NCBI RefSeq assembly: GCF_035594765.1
Contig: NC_085844.1
Span: 231,896,107-231,960,106 of the forward strand
Length of the DNA: 64,000 nucleotides
Direction: 5' to 3'
DNA from: Anolis carolinensis
Taxonomy: Eukaryota
Positions 1 to 12,754 of the stretch are shown piece after piece. The position numbers and the translations under genes were made by a program. The notes under the pieces are model-generated. The model was not told the DNA's origin. It did no database searches and saw nothing but the letters and a program-made list of their open reading frames with translations. Every line of letters starts with the position of its first letter. Within the stretch, counting starts at the first letter, position 1.

Positions 1-412
1 ACATATAGAGAGAGGTGATCCTTGAAATACTGAAGTCTCAAGCTATTTGAGTGTTATCACTATAGAAGATGAGGAAACACTTTGGCAACATAACCAGAGC
101 TATTGAAGTGATTCAGGCAACATTTGTAATGATCTGAAGAAGCCCATCTAGTTCCATTTTGCCTCTGATTTTTCCATAGCTTTATCCTTAGATATTACAA
201 ATGTCTCCTTTTCCTTGATTTGAGGCAAAAACTTACTGTGTATTGTACTCTGCAAATTGGTTTTAGAGAAACCAATGCTTGGTTGTGGTTTTGAAACCCT
301 AGATTGAAAGCCAAATTGCTGCTGTTGCTATTGTTATTGTGTGCCATATGCTGACTCTAAAAAATTTAATTTAAAAGGGTACCCTAAAGGCAACTATTCT
401 ACCTTCTCCTAA

Positions 413-500
413 AAACTAAGCAGGACCAGCCTAGTTTGGATGGGAGACCACGAACAAATACAGAGTACTGTAGGCTGTATTTCAGAGGAAGGAACTGGCA
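413..500 (+). mobile_element. 5S rRNA-headed SINE fragment (5S-Sauria-like)
   Basis: aactaagcaggaccagcctagtttggatgggagaccac...tgtaggct resembles the 3' half of 5S rRNA (A/C boxes). It is followed by tttcagaggaaggaactggc, which the copy at 35.2 kb also carries. Confidence 0.7.
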
Positions 501-1946
501 GCAAGCTCTCTCTCTCAGAAGAAGCTGTCCCTGAACAGCATTGTGAGGAGGGATGCCCCCCTCTGTGAGCCCCGTAGGATGCCTAGGAGGTCCTGAGAGC
601 CCCATGAATTTTATGGAGGGCCAAAGAGGTGATTGAGGTAGTGGCTTTGCCCCAAGAGGACCAGGATGGTCAAGGGGAAAGCCCTTTTTGAATAAGAAAG
701 CCCTCCCGAACACACATAAGGCGACTTGGAAGCAAACACATGGCAAGATTTGTTCAAAGAGGTTTTGTTCTGCTTTTCTCTGAGGTTGTTCAGAGAAGCT
801 TGCTCCCCCCTCCCTATGACTTCCCCTCACATATTTATACATGGCCATCATGTCTCCTCTCAGCCTTCTCTTCTACAGGCTAAACAATTTCCAAGGTGAG
901 AAATGTAAACAAATTTAAAATGCTATGGACTTATAGTATTGATTCTATTCTATAATTAATTTAATGTAATCTCCAATTAATGAAAATGTTTAATAAATGA
1001 AAAATGAATTACCCTTCTCAAATAACAAGTAATTAAACCAGTGTGATTTCAGAAAATATATTTATTAATTCAGATATTTCTTCTATAATGTATATAATTT
1101 GAATGTCAATGACTGAGTAAATAATATTTAATATATTAAAAATAAAGACATATTTTCAAGTAAGAATTTAATTAGTCTGATGATGGGGAGATGAGGAGTA
1201 CTCTTTTGTCAAGGCCAAGATGTTTCATTACAGGGAAATTAAATTTAAAAAATAAAATATAGATAAAATGGAACATGATGTCGTTAACTTTTATCCAGTT
1301 CAATTTTATATATTTTATATACATTATATATTTTATATATTTTATCTAGTGTATATCTATTTTATCTCTCTTTTTAAACAAATTATAAATATATATTATT
1401 TTATCATTAGGATATGCTTCATTAAAAGTGTGGCCCCGTGAGCAGTTGGTCAACCTAAAACATGACATGACACACTGCTCAGCCCTCATTTAAATGTTGC
1501 TATTTGCTCTAGGTCTAGAAACATAATAATCTAAACTCATAAATAAACAAACATAGAATTAGACCATTGCTTTTCATATAGGTCAGCCTGCCTGTGAATT
1601 AAGATGATTAGGGAAGGCTCTTCAGCAAGTTAGGACTTCATCACATTAAGGCAATGAAATAGATGAAAATGTTTTGTTCAGTAGAGCTCAGTAGAGTTCC
1701 ATTTTCTTATGAAACGGATGAATTCCTTACCTTCACCACACTTCTATGCAACTTAGTATGTTCTCCGCATTCTTTGAATAAATTTCTCACCATATTACAG
1801 ATGTGAGGCCCCACACACCACCCCTCCCCCCACATTATTTGTTGGAAGAAATCCTCCCCTCCTTGAAATCTCAGCCTCACTCTGTATTAACATGAGAGCT
1901 GAGAAGTTTCTGAGCATGCTCTGTTTGTCCCTTTGGGATGCTGCCT

Positions 1947-1975
1947 AAAAGAAAGGAGGAAGGAAGGAAGGAGGA

Positions 1976-2035
<60 letters not shown>

Positions 2036-2038
2036 AGA
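1947..2038 (+). repeat. (GGAA)n/(GAAA)n microsatellite
   Basis: Directly visible tetranucleotide run. Confidence 0.95.
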
Positions 2039-3844
2039 GGAATTAGGAATGTCAGTGTTATTTCTGGCATGAGGGAAGGGGGAAAAACTTTGCAACTTAG
2101 CTGTATGTGCTCTGGGAACAAAGTATTATACACTGTATTGGGCAAAATGAAATCCAGCTCCTGAATCCCAAAGATGTGGATACTTACTTGGTAGAATTAT
2201 TGCAGTCAGGCTTTGAAGCAGCAGGGCTATTCCCCCCTCCTCTCTGTCTTGCCCTCTCTCTCTCTGACAATGAAGGTGGCTGCCTTCCTCACCCTCTCTC
2301 TCCCTCTCTCCCTCTCTCCCTCTATGACAGTGATGTACCCTCTGCCTTCCTTCCTCCTCCCCCTCCCCTCTCTCTCTGGAAGGGAGGGAGGGACCCGGAA
2401 AGGCTTTTTAAAAAGATAAAAATTGTTTTGGCAACTTGCTCTGTGAGGAAAAGGTAATGGCTGCAGAATTCTTCCTTACTGGGGTGGGTGGTTTAGCTCC
2501 TCCCACAACTTCCCCTCTCACATTTTCAACGCAGGACACTACATTACAGAAAGGGCAAAACTTTCAGATGTTTTCAAAAAATCCAGTTCCCCACCACCTT
2601 CTGAAACGTTGAAAAAGACTGCTGGCCACTACACTTAAAAATACACAAGGAATGCTCCCTTCTACACTTGAAACCAAATGAATGTAGTGGGAGCACTGGC
2701 TTCCTGGACTTTTAAGTGTAGCAGTCAGTGAAATTTAGGACATGTGATGAAGTGCCAAGTCTTTGAACCGAGAAGGAACATTTTTAACAATGGATGTCTC
2801 CATGGACATGCATTTTGTACCCACATTACAATAATTTGGTTACCAAGTTAAAACCTCCTGGTTTGCCTATGCCTTTAAAAATGCACAAATGATTCTTTGG
2901 AGACCATGGGGGCCTTTATCAAGCTTACAAATCATTAAAAAAAATTGAGATATACACCCACATTGCACAGTAAGTTGTCAACAGAATCAATTTAACATAC
3001 AAAATAGAAGTATCTAATTTCTTACACATTTCTAAAGTGTTTCTAAAGTATACTTTGTGAAAATTTCATTACTTTTTTGTTACAGTAATTGCACAAGTGG
3101 GGAAAATTCAAGGGCTTCTTTTCCCTTAACTTTCAGAAATATTTGTACATGTATTGATTTTTGGAATTTTTAAAAGGTTTTGACAAAAACATTAAAAAAA
3201 AAAAAAGGCCACAATAGCTATCTCATTGAATGGCTTTCATATTAACCAATAGATCTTCCATTAAGGGATTTTTCCCAGCCCAGCACATAGATTTACCTAC
3301 TAGAGGTATCAGTCAGTCCTCCTCTTTGCAGATGTAACAATTTATCGGAACTCTGGATAGCTGTTGCTATGGAGGGGCAAATTTCTCCCTTATCCTGACT
3401 GGGGCTTTCTGATGCTGAATTCTGGGAATGTAGTTTAGGGCTCCTTGCCTTCCCAAACTACATTTCCCAGAATTCTCAGTCTCTTTCTCAGTGAACTCTG
3501 CTTTCTCCCTTCTGCTTCCCCTACCTAATGGCAAGGGCCATTAATTCAAAGAGGAATTGACACCTTTTTGGCTTTGCTTTGCTTGATTGTCCTGAAAACA
3601 AATTTGATCTGACTTACGATGACTCATGAAAATTTGCACAACCCTAATACACACACACACATATATACACACATATATACATATACATGTATGTATGGAT
3701 TTCTGTAATAATTCATTGTTACAAGGGTTATAAATATTTTAGATTTGACTAATACTTTTAAAGAGAAGATTCATTGACTGTTATTACACTGCTTTTGCCA
3801 TTCTTTTTTGTCTTGATGTCATAGAGCTTTTATTGTTCAAATTA

Positions 3845-4020
3845 TTTTTATTTATTTATTTACATCACTTTTACCCCACCCTTCTCACCCGTAGGGACTC
3901 AGGGCAGCTTACAACAGTTGGCAAAATTCCAATGCCCAAAACACATTCAATAAAACAATAACAAAATCAATTAAAAAGTCTATTTAACTCTATTAAAACA
4001 TGAATTATAAAGTTTTAAAG
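3845..4020 (-). mobile_element. L2 3' UTR remnant
   Basis: Reverse strand reads gtaagctgccctgagtccc...gggtggggtaaaa plus an (AAAT)n tail, like the L2 3' end at 41560-41640. Confidence 0.6.
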
Positions 4021-4860
4021 TGCATCTGTAGTTAGATTTGTCCACTGACGCCTTTCGCGTATGCCTTGATTACTGTATTGTTTTATTTTATTTTTTCAAA
4101 TACCCTAGTATCTGTATGGCAGCTAAGTGGTTTAGAAACATTTAAGTTAAGTAACAAATTAATATCCTTCTCTTGTACAGGTCAGATTTTTGCATCAGCT
4201 CAGCATACTTTCCCAAGTTCTGTTGGAATGAACCTCAAACCTGCCATGTGGATTTCATCCTTGGCCAAACCAAGTGATGATGTTGTGATAAAGGGATGGT
4301 GGTGAAGTAATCAATATAATCCAAAGAAGTTTTTATTTTTTATGGAAGTTTTCTTTCTTGTGGCTTGTGTTAAGGAATACATTCTGACAGTCCAGAGATA
4401 TTCATTTGTTTTGCCTCCAAGTTTTGCTGAAACAAAGTACTCCGATGAAAGATTTGACTACCTGAAACCATTTATTATGGTAGCATTTCTACCATTAACC
4501 TTAGATCATCCTATAAAGACAGCTGGAAAAGAAACAAATAAACACATCTCATTCATCATGAAGTGTGATAATAGAATGTTTTACGAACAGAGAAAGTGCT
4601 TTTCCTCTGAAAGGAAACCATGCAATTTTAACACGGCATATGAGGATATTCCCCAGGCAAGTGGGGAAAGCAAAACTATATATAGGTATCAAGGTGTTTT
4701 ACTGACATCCCATTAAAGGCAGGGAAACTGCCTGAGGGACCGCCAGTGACATCAGAACACTAGGAAGTTAAAGATGGATCGAAGCTGTAATTTGAAGGGA
4801 TCTGCATTGAAGGTTGTTGTTCAGATCATTTTCTATTTTAAATAAAATCCAGCCCTATAT

Positions 4861-5092
4861 GGGCCGGCAGAAACTTGGATAAGCGAATATCTTGGATAAT
4901 AAGGAGGGATTAAGGAAAAGCCTATTAAACATCAAATTAGATTATGATTTTACAAATTAAGCACCAAAACATCACTGTATTTACGAATTTAGCACCAAAA
5001 TATCACGATATATTGAAAACATTGACTACAAAAATGGCTTGGATAATCCAGAGGCTTGGATAAGCGAGGCTTGGATAAGTGAGAGTCTACTG
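4861..5092 (+). mobile_element. Tc1/mariner-type MITE, left end missing, internally deleted
   Basis: Near-identical to 45963-46285; ends ggataagtgagagtctactg followed by TA. Confidence 0.8.
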
Positions 5093-5159
5093 TATGTGTG
5101 TACACACACACACACACACGCATACATATATATATACATACACACACACACAAAGACAG

Positions 5160-6047
5160 TGTGGGAGAATTGTTTGGTTCTCCATGTCCATAGATTCTGT
5201 ATCCATGGGTTTTACCATCCAGCTTGAAAATATCTTTTTTAAAAGAAAAAAATCCAAATGTAAAGTTTTATTTTGCCATTTTATAGAAGGGATACCATTT
5301 TTCGACACAATGGTATATAATGGGCTATTTGATTAATCACATCTCCCCTTATAGACCAACATGGACACTGTGGTCTTTGGAGGAGGCCCTGCTCTCGGTC
5401 CCACCCCCATCTCAAGCATGGCTGGTGGGAATGAAAGAAAGAGCCTTTCCTGTGATTGCCCCCACCTCTGGAACTCCCTTCCTTAGGAAGTAAAGATGAC
5501 CCCCCCTCCTGCCTTGCTTGCAAAAATTAACTGAAAACATACTTCTGCTCATTGCATATGAAGAGGAGAAGGATTAGATAATGATACTGCTACTATATCT
5601 CTGATTAAAATCTGTTACCTGTATCTGGGCTTTGTTTACCCTGCTAGGCCAGTTAAAATCTTTGGCAATAATCAACTTATATACCCCCAATGAATTCTGC
5701 CAGCTTCTGTTTGATGTTTTGTTTTATGTTGATATAATTTATTTGATAGGTTATGTCTTATTTTAATTTTAGATGTTAAGTTATAATTTGTTTTTATATG
5801 TTTGGTTTTTTGTTTTGTTTTTGTTTTTGCTATTATGTGTGCATTGGTTGTTGTATTCAGGCATTGAATGTTTGCCTTTTTGTGACTCGAATCTGTCCTG
5901 AGTCCCTTCCAGGAGATAGGGCAGAGTATAAATTTGTTTATAAGTTTGTTGTTGTTGTTGTTGTTGTTGTTGTTATTGAGCAGCCATGGATTTTGATATC
6001 CACAAAGTTCCTGGAAGAAAACCACACAGATTCCAGGGGATCACTTT
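5160..6047 (+). mobile_element. Tigger-like MITE interrupted by an L2 3' fragment (about 5345-5975)
   Basis: MITE halves ...gtatataatggg and ttgagcagccatggattttgatatccac flank an L2 piece. The L2 piece matches the ORF2 C-terminus at 41080-41230 and ends ctgagtcccttccaggagatagggc plus (TTG)n. Confidence 0.6.
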
Positions 6048-6803
6048 ATGTGTGTGGGTCACATACATATTTAGCTGGTTTATGCAAACACATTGAGCTG
6101 GAACATATAACAAGCACACAAATGCATGCACATACACATGCACACACATTCATGTCCAATATGTATAGAACGTCGGGAACATAACAATGCTTTCATCTAC
6201 AGAACTGATATATGCAGTTTTAATTATCTAGTTTCACTTATTTAGAGTTCTGATTGGACCAGAATTCTTGTCATTAAAGTATCTTCAAAAACACCAAATT
6301 CCATACTTTCCCCCATTTTCCCCATTTTAAAAAAGTTATTTCAGCCTTGAACATTATTTCTGGAATAGCTAGAGGGCTTCTTTGCTCTAAATGTAGAATT
6401 CCAGTCACTTGGGGAACTCTGCTCCAAGGTTTCAGACAAGCATCTTCTCATCTGTATCTAGAAATGTCCATGAACAAATCTGGAAACTGTTCCATGTGTA
6501 ATCTGCAACTACTACATGTCCCTTTTAATGATTTTCATTTCCTTGGCTTTGCAGGCTGAGTAGGAAATCTCCTTGCCTGGCTAGCGAGGGCCTTGAACCT
6601 CAGCTGTTAACATGAATATGAGTAAGGCACAAATGTATTCCTAAAACATGCAGTTACAAAAGGGGGGGAAACATTTCAGTACAGCATTATTCTACCAAAT
6701 GGCAGCCAATTTTGAGTATCTATTTTTCTATTACTGTTTTTAATATTTTTGTTTACTGTAAGGAGTGAGAGTGGGATCTGGAATATTTTTGCCTTGGTCA
6801 CCA

Positions 6804-7533
6804 TGTATTGCACCTCAGCACTGGATCACCTTGCTCTTAACACAAACTCCACCACAGCAGACTTGGTTTTTTCAGTTTATTGATAAAAGATAGCAAAATC
6901 TTAATAAAAAGCAGTAAAGAAAGCAGTAATCCAATTGCATAGGCAATCTGCAGAATACAGTTCAATCTCTTTGTAGAAAATAGTTCAAAGTCTCTAAAAT
7001 AGCATTTCAGCCCTGGAAAACAAGGTAGCATGAACTCCAAAATACAATCCAAACACAGAATCTAGGCAGGAACAGAAGCAAGGATCTATTTCCATGAGCA
7101 GAGACAAGGCAGGAGTTAAGTTTCCAAAAATCAACATTGCTCCATGTGAAATCTTTCCCTGTTTCACCCTTTTTAACCATGCTTACAAGCTAGGAAAGCA
7201 TTCCTCTGACCTTGGGTTCCCACACGTTTATTAGCAATTCTCACATAACGTCTGAGACAAACTCTTAACCTTAATCTTGTATCTCTATCTAAGGAAAGCT
7301 CCTATGATTTGCTGCCAGAGCCACCTGGACTTTGTTGATGTTCAAAATCCTGTGAAAGGTCACCCTTATCACTAACTTCAGCTTCCCTGCTGGCCTGTGG
7401 CTTTTCTAACAATTCAAAGCCTTCAACATTTCCTTGGTCAGCCTGCATTTCTGACAATTCAGAGCCTTCAATATTTCCTTGGTCAACCTGCTGAAACCCA
7501 AATCCCCCCTCATCATCAGACTGAACCACAACA
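6804..7533 (-). mobile_element. Solo LTR (Gypsy-like), ~730 bp
   Basis: Minus strand runs TGTTGTGG...GCAATACA (TG..CA) with a TATA-like ttaaaaagg and an AATAAA near the 3' end. CCAT occurs at both junctions (left junction ambiguous by 1 nt). Internal 45-bp tandem duplication. Confidence 0.7.
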
Positions 7534-7546
7534 CCATACTAACCGA

Positions 7547-7767
7547 GGGTGCATCTATATTATAGAATTAATGCAGTTTGACATCACTTTAACTGCCATG
7601 GCTGAATGCTATAGAATCTTGGGAGCTATAGTTTGATAAGGCACCAGCATTTTTAGACAGAAAGCTAAAGAACTTGTAAAACGATAACTCCCATGATTTC
7701 ATAGCATTGAGCCGTGGCATTTAAAATTGCATCTACACTGCATTAATTCTACAGTGTAGATGCAATC
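7547..7767. mobile_element. PIF/Harbinger-type palindromic MITE
   Basis: gggtgcatctatattatagaattaatgcag ... ctgcattaattctacagtgtagatgcaatc form long inverted arms; TTA on the right flank. Confidence 0.75.
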
Positions 7768-7887
7768 TTAGTTGGCTAGAGGTTGTATGTACCTTGACTT
7801 GAGGTGTGTTGGGGTGTCCTTTGCTAATCCAGTCAACCAAATGGGATCAAGAAGACAACAACAATGCAGCATGGGGAGATCCCCCCC

Positions 7888-8746
7888 TGTGATGACTCAT
7901 GGGCCTTGTAGTCCTGTTCCTAGTACTATTGTGGCAGACGAAGAGGAAAACATGGGATTTCCACCGTTTCAGTCAGAATCGGAGCCTCTCCACCTGGAGG
8001 ATGTTTGTCCTCAAGAATGTAGCCAAACAGGCCTTGGGCAGAATTCCCCCCCATTTTCCCGGAGGGACAATTATAATAGAGATAGGGGAGCCAGGGAGGC
8101 AAATCGCCGGAGCCTGAGAATCGCTGCCAAACAATTAGCTGATTAGGTCTGCTTCCCTTGGGAAATTCTAAGGAGTCATGCATCTGGACAGAGTTGGGTT
8201 TCGCTTCTCGTTCTCTAGGGAAAGTGTTCTGTCGGCGGGAAAACGAGACCCAATATAGGTGCTGCTCGCAAGGGGAACTTTGCGGAGTCAATTGTTCAGC
8301 TTGAGGAGAGAGATCGTGTGTGGACTTCGTAAGCCCAATTCCTTGTTTCCCGGATCAAGTTTCCAGCCTTGCCTTGTTTTCACGGACTTCCTTGGACTCT
8401 ATTCATGTTTCGTGTTTGCCTCGTTCCAAGCCTTTGATCTAGCCAAGAATCAAGTTATTTTCTAGCCTAGTTGTCAAGCTACATTGGACCTTAAAGACTC
8501 TGTCATTCCCCACACTATTGCTTGGCAAAGTGTGTGTTTCGGTCAAGTGGATTATAACTTTGGACTCTAATATCTTATATTGGACAATACATTTCTGGAC
8601 TATATTTGACCTCATCTGGAAGGTCTGCTTCTGAACTTTATTCTTCACTTGTTTTTATTGACTTTATATATTTCTATAATAAAGATATTAGATAGATTCT
8701 GGCCTCTGTGTAAGGTTATTGGTGCTCTGCAGCCTGGGTCCTGACA
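7888..8746 (+). mobile_element. Solo LTR (Gypsy-like), 859 bp, probably young
   Basis: Imperfect terminal IR TGTGATGAC...GTCCTGACA; flanked on both sides by C runs (CCCCC TSD); AATAAA at 8678-8683; CpGs retained. Confidence 0.8.
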
Positions 8747-10684
8747 CCCCCCCCCTTTAACCATTGAAACCAAATACCATATTTTTGTCAAACACCTTAG
8801 CTTTCCTTCCTTTTTTCAGGCAGAAGATTTTCCATTTTAAGTGGTAACTGTTAGCAGTGTGTGACATTTCTAGTCTGTCCAGGGTGTTACTAGTACATGA
8901 CAGGTCAAGTCTGTCACCTTCATAAAAGCAAAGAACATCCAGCCTGGCACATTACATTGCTGAGTCCCTCTGAGTATTACCAGTGTCATACCAAATATTG
9001 TCAGCAGTATTTATCTGCTCTTCATCTCTGCCATTTATAGGAGTGTCTTGAAAAGAAAAGAAAAGAAGTTCTGATTATTTTTGCATGACGATAGTTTTGC
9101 CTGGTTGCCTCATGATGTTACAACTGCAAGGCAGATATTTTAAAAATCCAGAAGTGTTAATTTGTCCTTATGGCACCTATAATTAAAATAGAAATTCTCT
9201 GCGGTGGATTTGGGTAGACAGTGTGTGAAGGGTATGTGTGGAATACCTGCAAGATGAAGGTTATTATTGTTTCTTTTATTTATTAATTATTATCAGAGAC
9301 CGCAATTCAGAGGAAAATATCAGCCATTAGGGTTTGATGCTCCCTATTATACCCATTAGCTAAATGGTGAAATAAAGATGAATGAATTAACAAGGAGATG
9401 AATTAATGATTAAGGCTGCCTGCCATAGTTTAGATTAGATTCCATTAAGAGGGAAAGGTGAATGTCAGGGTGATGCTTTTGCATCCTAACTGTAATTCAA
9501 GTAGATGTTCACATGAAAATCAACATTTGATTGGAGCAGTTCAAGCCAAAACTTCTCCTGCAAGTTAACACAGATGATATTATGGCATATATGCCGTGCG
9601 TGTGTGTGTGTGTATCTCAGAGCAGCTGAATGAAGCAGAAGCTAAAACATCTTGTCATAATATTTGAATATTTCAGTTTTGTTATTCAATTTAATATCTA
9701 AGAAAGGGGGATCAAAATGTCTGAAGCATTATTGGAACCACCAAGAACTCTAGAACCCGAGTGGTACAAGTCCAGTCAGGGCACATCTATACTCACCACC
9801 AGTGGATCAGCTTGGAGATGGTTAAATGGTGCACAGAGTTTACCCAGGTTAATGTGGACCAAAGCTCCTTAATGTCATCTTGAACCACATTAATCACCAC
9901 CACTCCTTCTCATCATGGTGGCCAGCAGGTGCAGCATGGCTCATGTTGGTCACTCATGGTCTAGAATGGGGCTGGCTGGAGTGGCAAGGAGATTTTGGAA
10001 GGAGGGGGCAATTGTCCTTCTTCCTGCCACATCACTCTGGCACCCCAGCCAACATCACTCCAGATGATGAGCGACTGGCTGCAATGAGAAAAATGGGAAG
10101 AAATGATAAGAGTGGCACTGCTAGATGGTCAAGACCCACTCTTGCCTCTGAAGCATCTGGGGGATGGCAGTCTAAACCATCCCAGATAATTTTTGCTCTT
10201 GTACATCTACATCTTCCCTGCTATAATGATACCCAGGGTTCTATTGCCCTTAAACATGTGTGTGTGTATGTATGTGTGTATTTCCCCCAAAATTACAATT
10301 TCCATGTATTTCTTCTACTGAAGATTGCTCACCCAGTTTTGGAGTACTGGGTAGTGCTTTAGATAATTGCATTCAGTCTGTGTATTGTTCAGAAATGTTG
10401 AATTGAGTCAGTCACACCCTTTCTCTTTTCTGACACACATACACATCATGTCTCGAAAACAGTTCAACTGATCCAATGTTTCAATTAATCACAAATAAGG
10501 ATAAAGATGGAATAATGCCAAATGCGAATACACTTCCAATAGTGGTAACAGCAAGCTTTCGCCTATATTCTGATGTTTATTTAAATTCTTTCTACCAGGT
10601 TTGGGAAGGAATTTATAAATTTTGTTATTTTAATGATTTGCCAATTATTAGCAATGAACAGAAATAAAATTCTCAGTCCTCCAT

Positions 10685-11340
10685 TGGTGTTATTTGCCAT
10701 CAAGTCAGTTTCAACTTTTGGCAACCCTAAGAATGCAATGTCTTCATGAACTCTGGTCATCAACATCTTTACTCACAGACTCAGCGTTTCCTTGACTGGA
10801 TCAATCTACCTGCAGTGTCGTCTCCCCCTTTCCTATTGTCTTATAATTTACCAACTAGTATTGTCTTTTGCAATGAGTTGTGACATTTCATAGTTTGTTT
10901 AAAGCATAGTAGCCTCAGTTTAGTCTCAGACCCATTTATTTATTTAGCATCATATTTTAAATGATTTTTCTTCCTCTCAGCTTTCTTCACTATCCAGCTG
11001 CTAGAGCCATACATATAAATTAGATATATGATGTTATGGACTTGGATATTTCATTATATATTTTACACTTGATGATATTATTTAGTTCATTCGTAGTTGC
11101 TTTTTGAAGTCTTAGCCTGTTTCTTATTTCTTAATCACAGTCTCCAAAAAACACACAAAGGCATAGGGAATATTTAACTTTTTGGATATCTGCTTCTTTC
11201 ACTTTAAAGTTATTTAACTCATATGTGGTCATTATGATTATTTTCTTAATATTCAACTGTAGCACTGCTTTCTTCCTTACTTTTAACTGGTAGTCATTCC
11301 TAGTCCAACAACATCTGAAGGGGTGCAAATTGTTCACTGG
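10685..11340 (-). mobile_element. Decayed RTE/BovB-like LINE 3' fragment
   Basis: Similar to 20660-21055 (agcctcagtttagtc, the KLRL..FGH region on the minus strand); heavily degraded. Confidence 0.55.
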
Positions 11341-12280
11341 CTCTTAATCCATTTCTATATGCAGTGAGAAGCAAATGATCCAAAGTGATAGATTACTAGA
11401 GACAAGGAATCTTATCAGACACAGTCTTCTCTGCGTGTTCTCCCCATTTCTCTATGTTGTCAAAACAGAGCAGTTTGGAGAAATGGAGCCCAGAGTGCCT
11501 TTGGAGGAGTCAGGTGTTACCCAACTCCTTATGGCACAAAGCAAAGGAACTTATGGGAAAGATGGACTGAAGCAGGATAGTACATGGGATGGCTGCAGAT
11601 GGACCTGGATGGGAGGGAACAGGGTAAACAGTTTGCTGTCCCAAGCTTTCCCACACTTTCCTCTTCTTTCCCCCTCCCCAACTGATGAGGTCAAAGGAAA
11701 TGCAGATTGAAATCTGGTACCGTTATTAAAATGACCTTTGCTTATTGCCTGGGACACTTTCTGGTGAGACTAAGGAACTGGTAATCTATTGGCCAGAATC
11801 AAATCCTAATGGATGCCAAAGGGCTCCTAACCTAAAGCAGTTCAAATGCAAGGTTCTGAATTCAGCTGGAAAAGTATTTTATCCATCTTTCCATTCATTT
11901 TTTGTTTTCCATTTTTCAACAAAAAAGAAAGGCAATAAACAAAATAAAACAGGAATTAAAGATAACATTTCAGTTAAAATACATCAATTTAAATAGATTA
12001 AAAACAAACCAAGGAAAAATAAGTGATTAGATTTGGTTTAGTTGCATGCCAATTTGTATATGAAAGACCCACCTGAAAGACTCTGCCTCCTGGTGAAACG
12101 ACAACAGAGAAGGAACCAACTTATCCTCCCTCAGCAGGGAGTCTTATGGTGTGAAATTAGGCACTGAGACACAAATCTAAGCAATTATCTTTCCAACTGC
12201 AAGTGGTTTTGCATTTTACTTTATTGACATTTTACCTTTTGAAGATATGTCTGTGAACTATTGAATTTCACAGTGTAGCT

Positions 12281-12754
12281 GGCTCCATCTACAATGCTAT
12301 ATAATGCAGTTTGAAACTGCATTACATGGTCATTGTAGACTCACATAATATAGGTGAAGGTAAAGGTTTTCCCCTGACATTAAGTCTAGTCATGTCCGAC
12401 TCTGAGATTGGTGCTCATCTCCATTTTTAAGCCGAAGATCCGGCATTGTCCATAGACGTCTCCAAGGTTATGTGGCTGGCATGACTGCATGGAACGCTAT
12501 TGCCTTCCTGCCAGAGCGGTACCTATTGATCTACACAAATTTACATGTTTTCAAACTGCTAGGTTGGCAGAAGCTGGTGCTAACAGCGGGAGCTCACACC
12601 GCTCCCTGGATTCGAACTGCCAACCTTATAGTCAGCAAGTTCAGCAGCTCAGCAGTTTGATCTGCTGCGCCATTGGGGGCTCGTTCATATAATATAGTTC
12701 AATGCAATTTAGCTACAGCTTAAAACTGCATTATATGACAGTATAGATGGGGCC
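12281..12754. mobile_element. Harbinger-type MITE interrupted by a Sauria SINE
   Basis: ggctccatctacaatgctatataatgcagttt ... aaactgcattatatgacagtatagatggggcc form inverted ends. Confidence 0.7.
12354..12684 (-). mobile_element. Sauria SINE, full length
   Basis: tRNA-like head with B box (gttcgaatcc on the minus strand) and an (ACCTTT)-type tail; TSD tcacataatatag / tcatataatatag (12341-12353, 12685-12697). Confidence 0.85.

Noticed and set aside
4725-4790. Hammerhead ribozyme (ctgaggg...cgaag)
   Set aside because: Does not match the CUGANGA/GAAA core and has no convincing stems.
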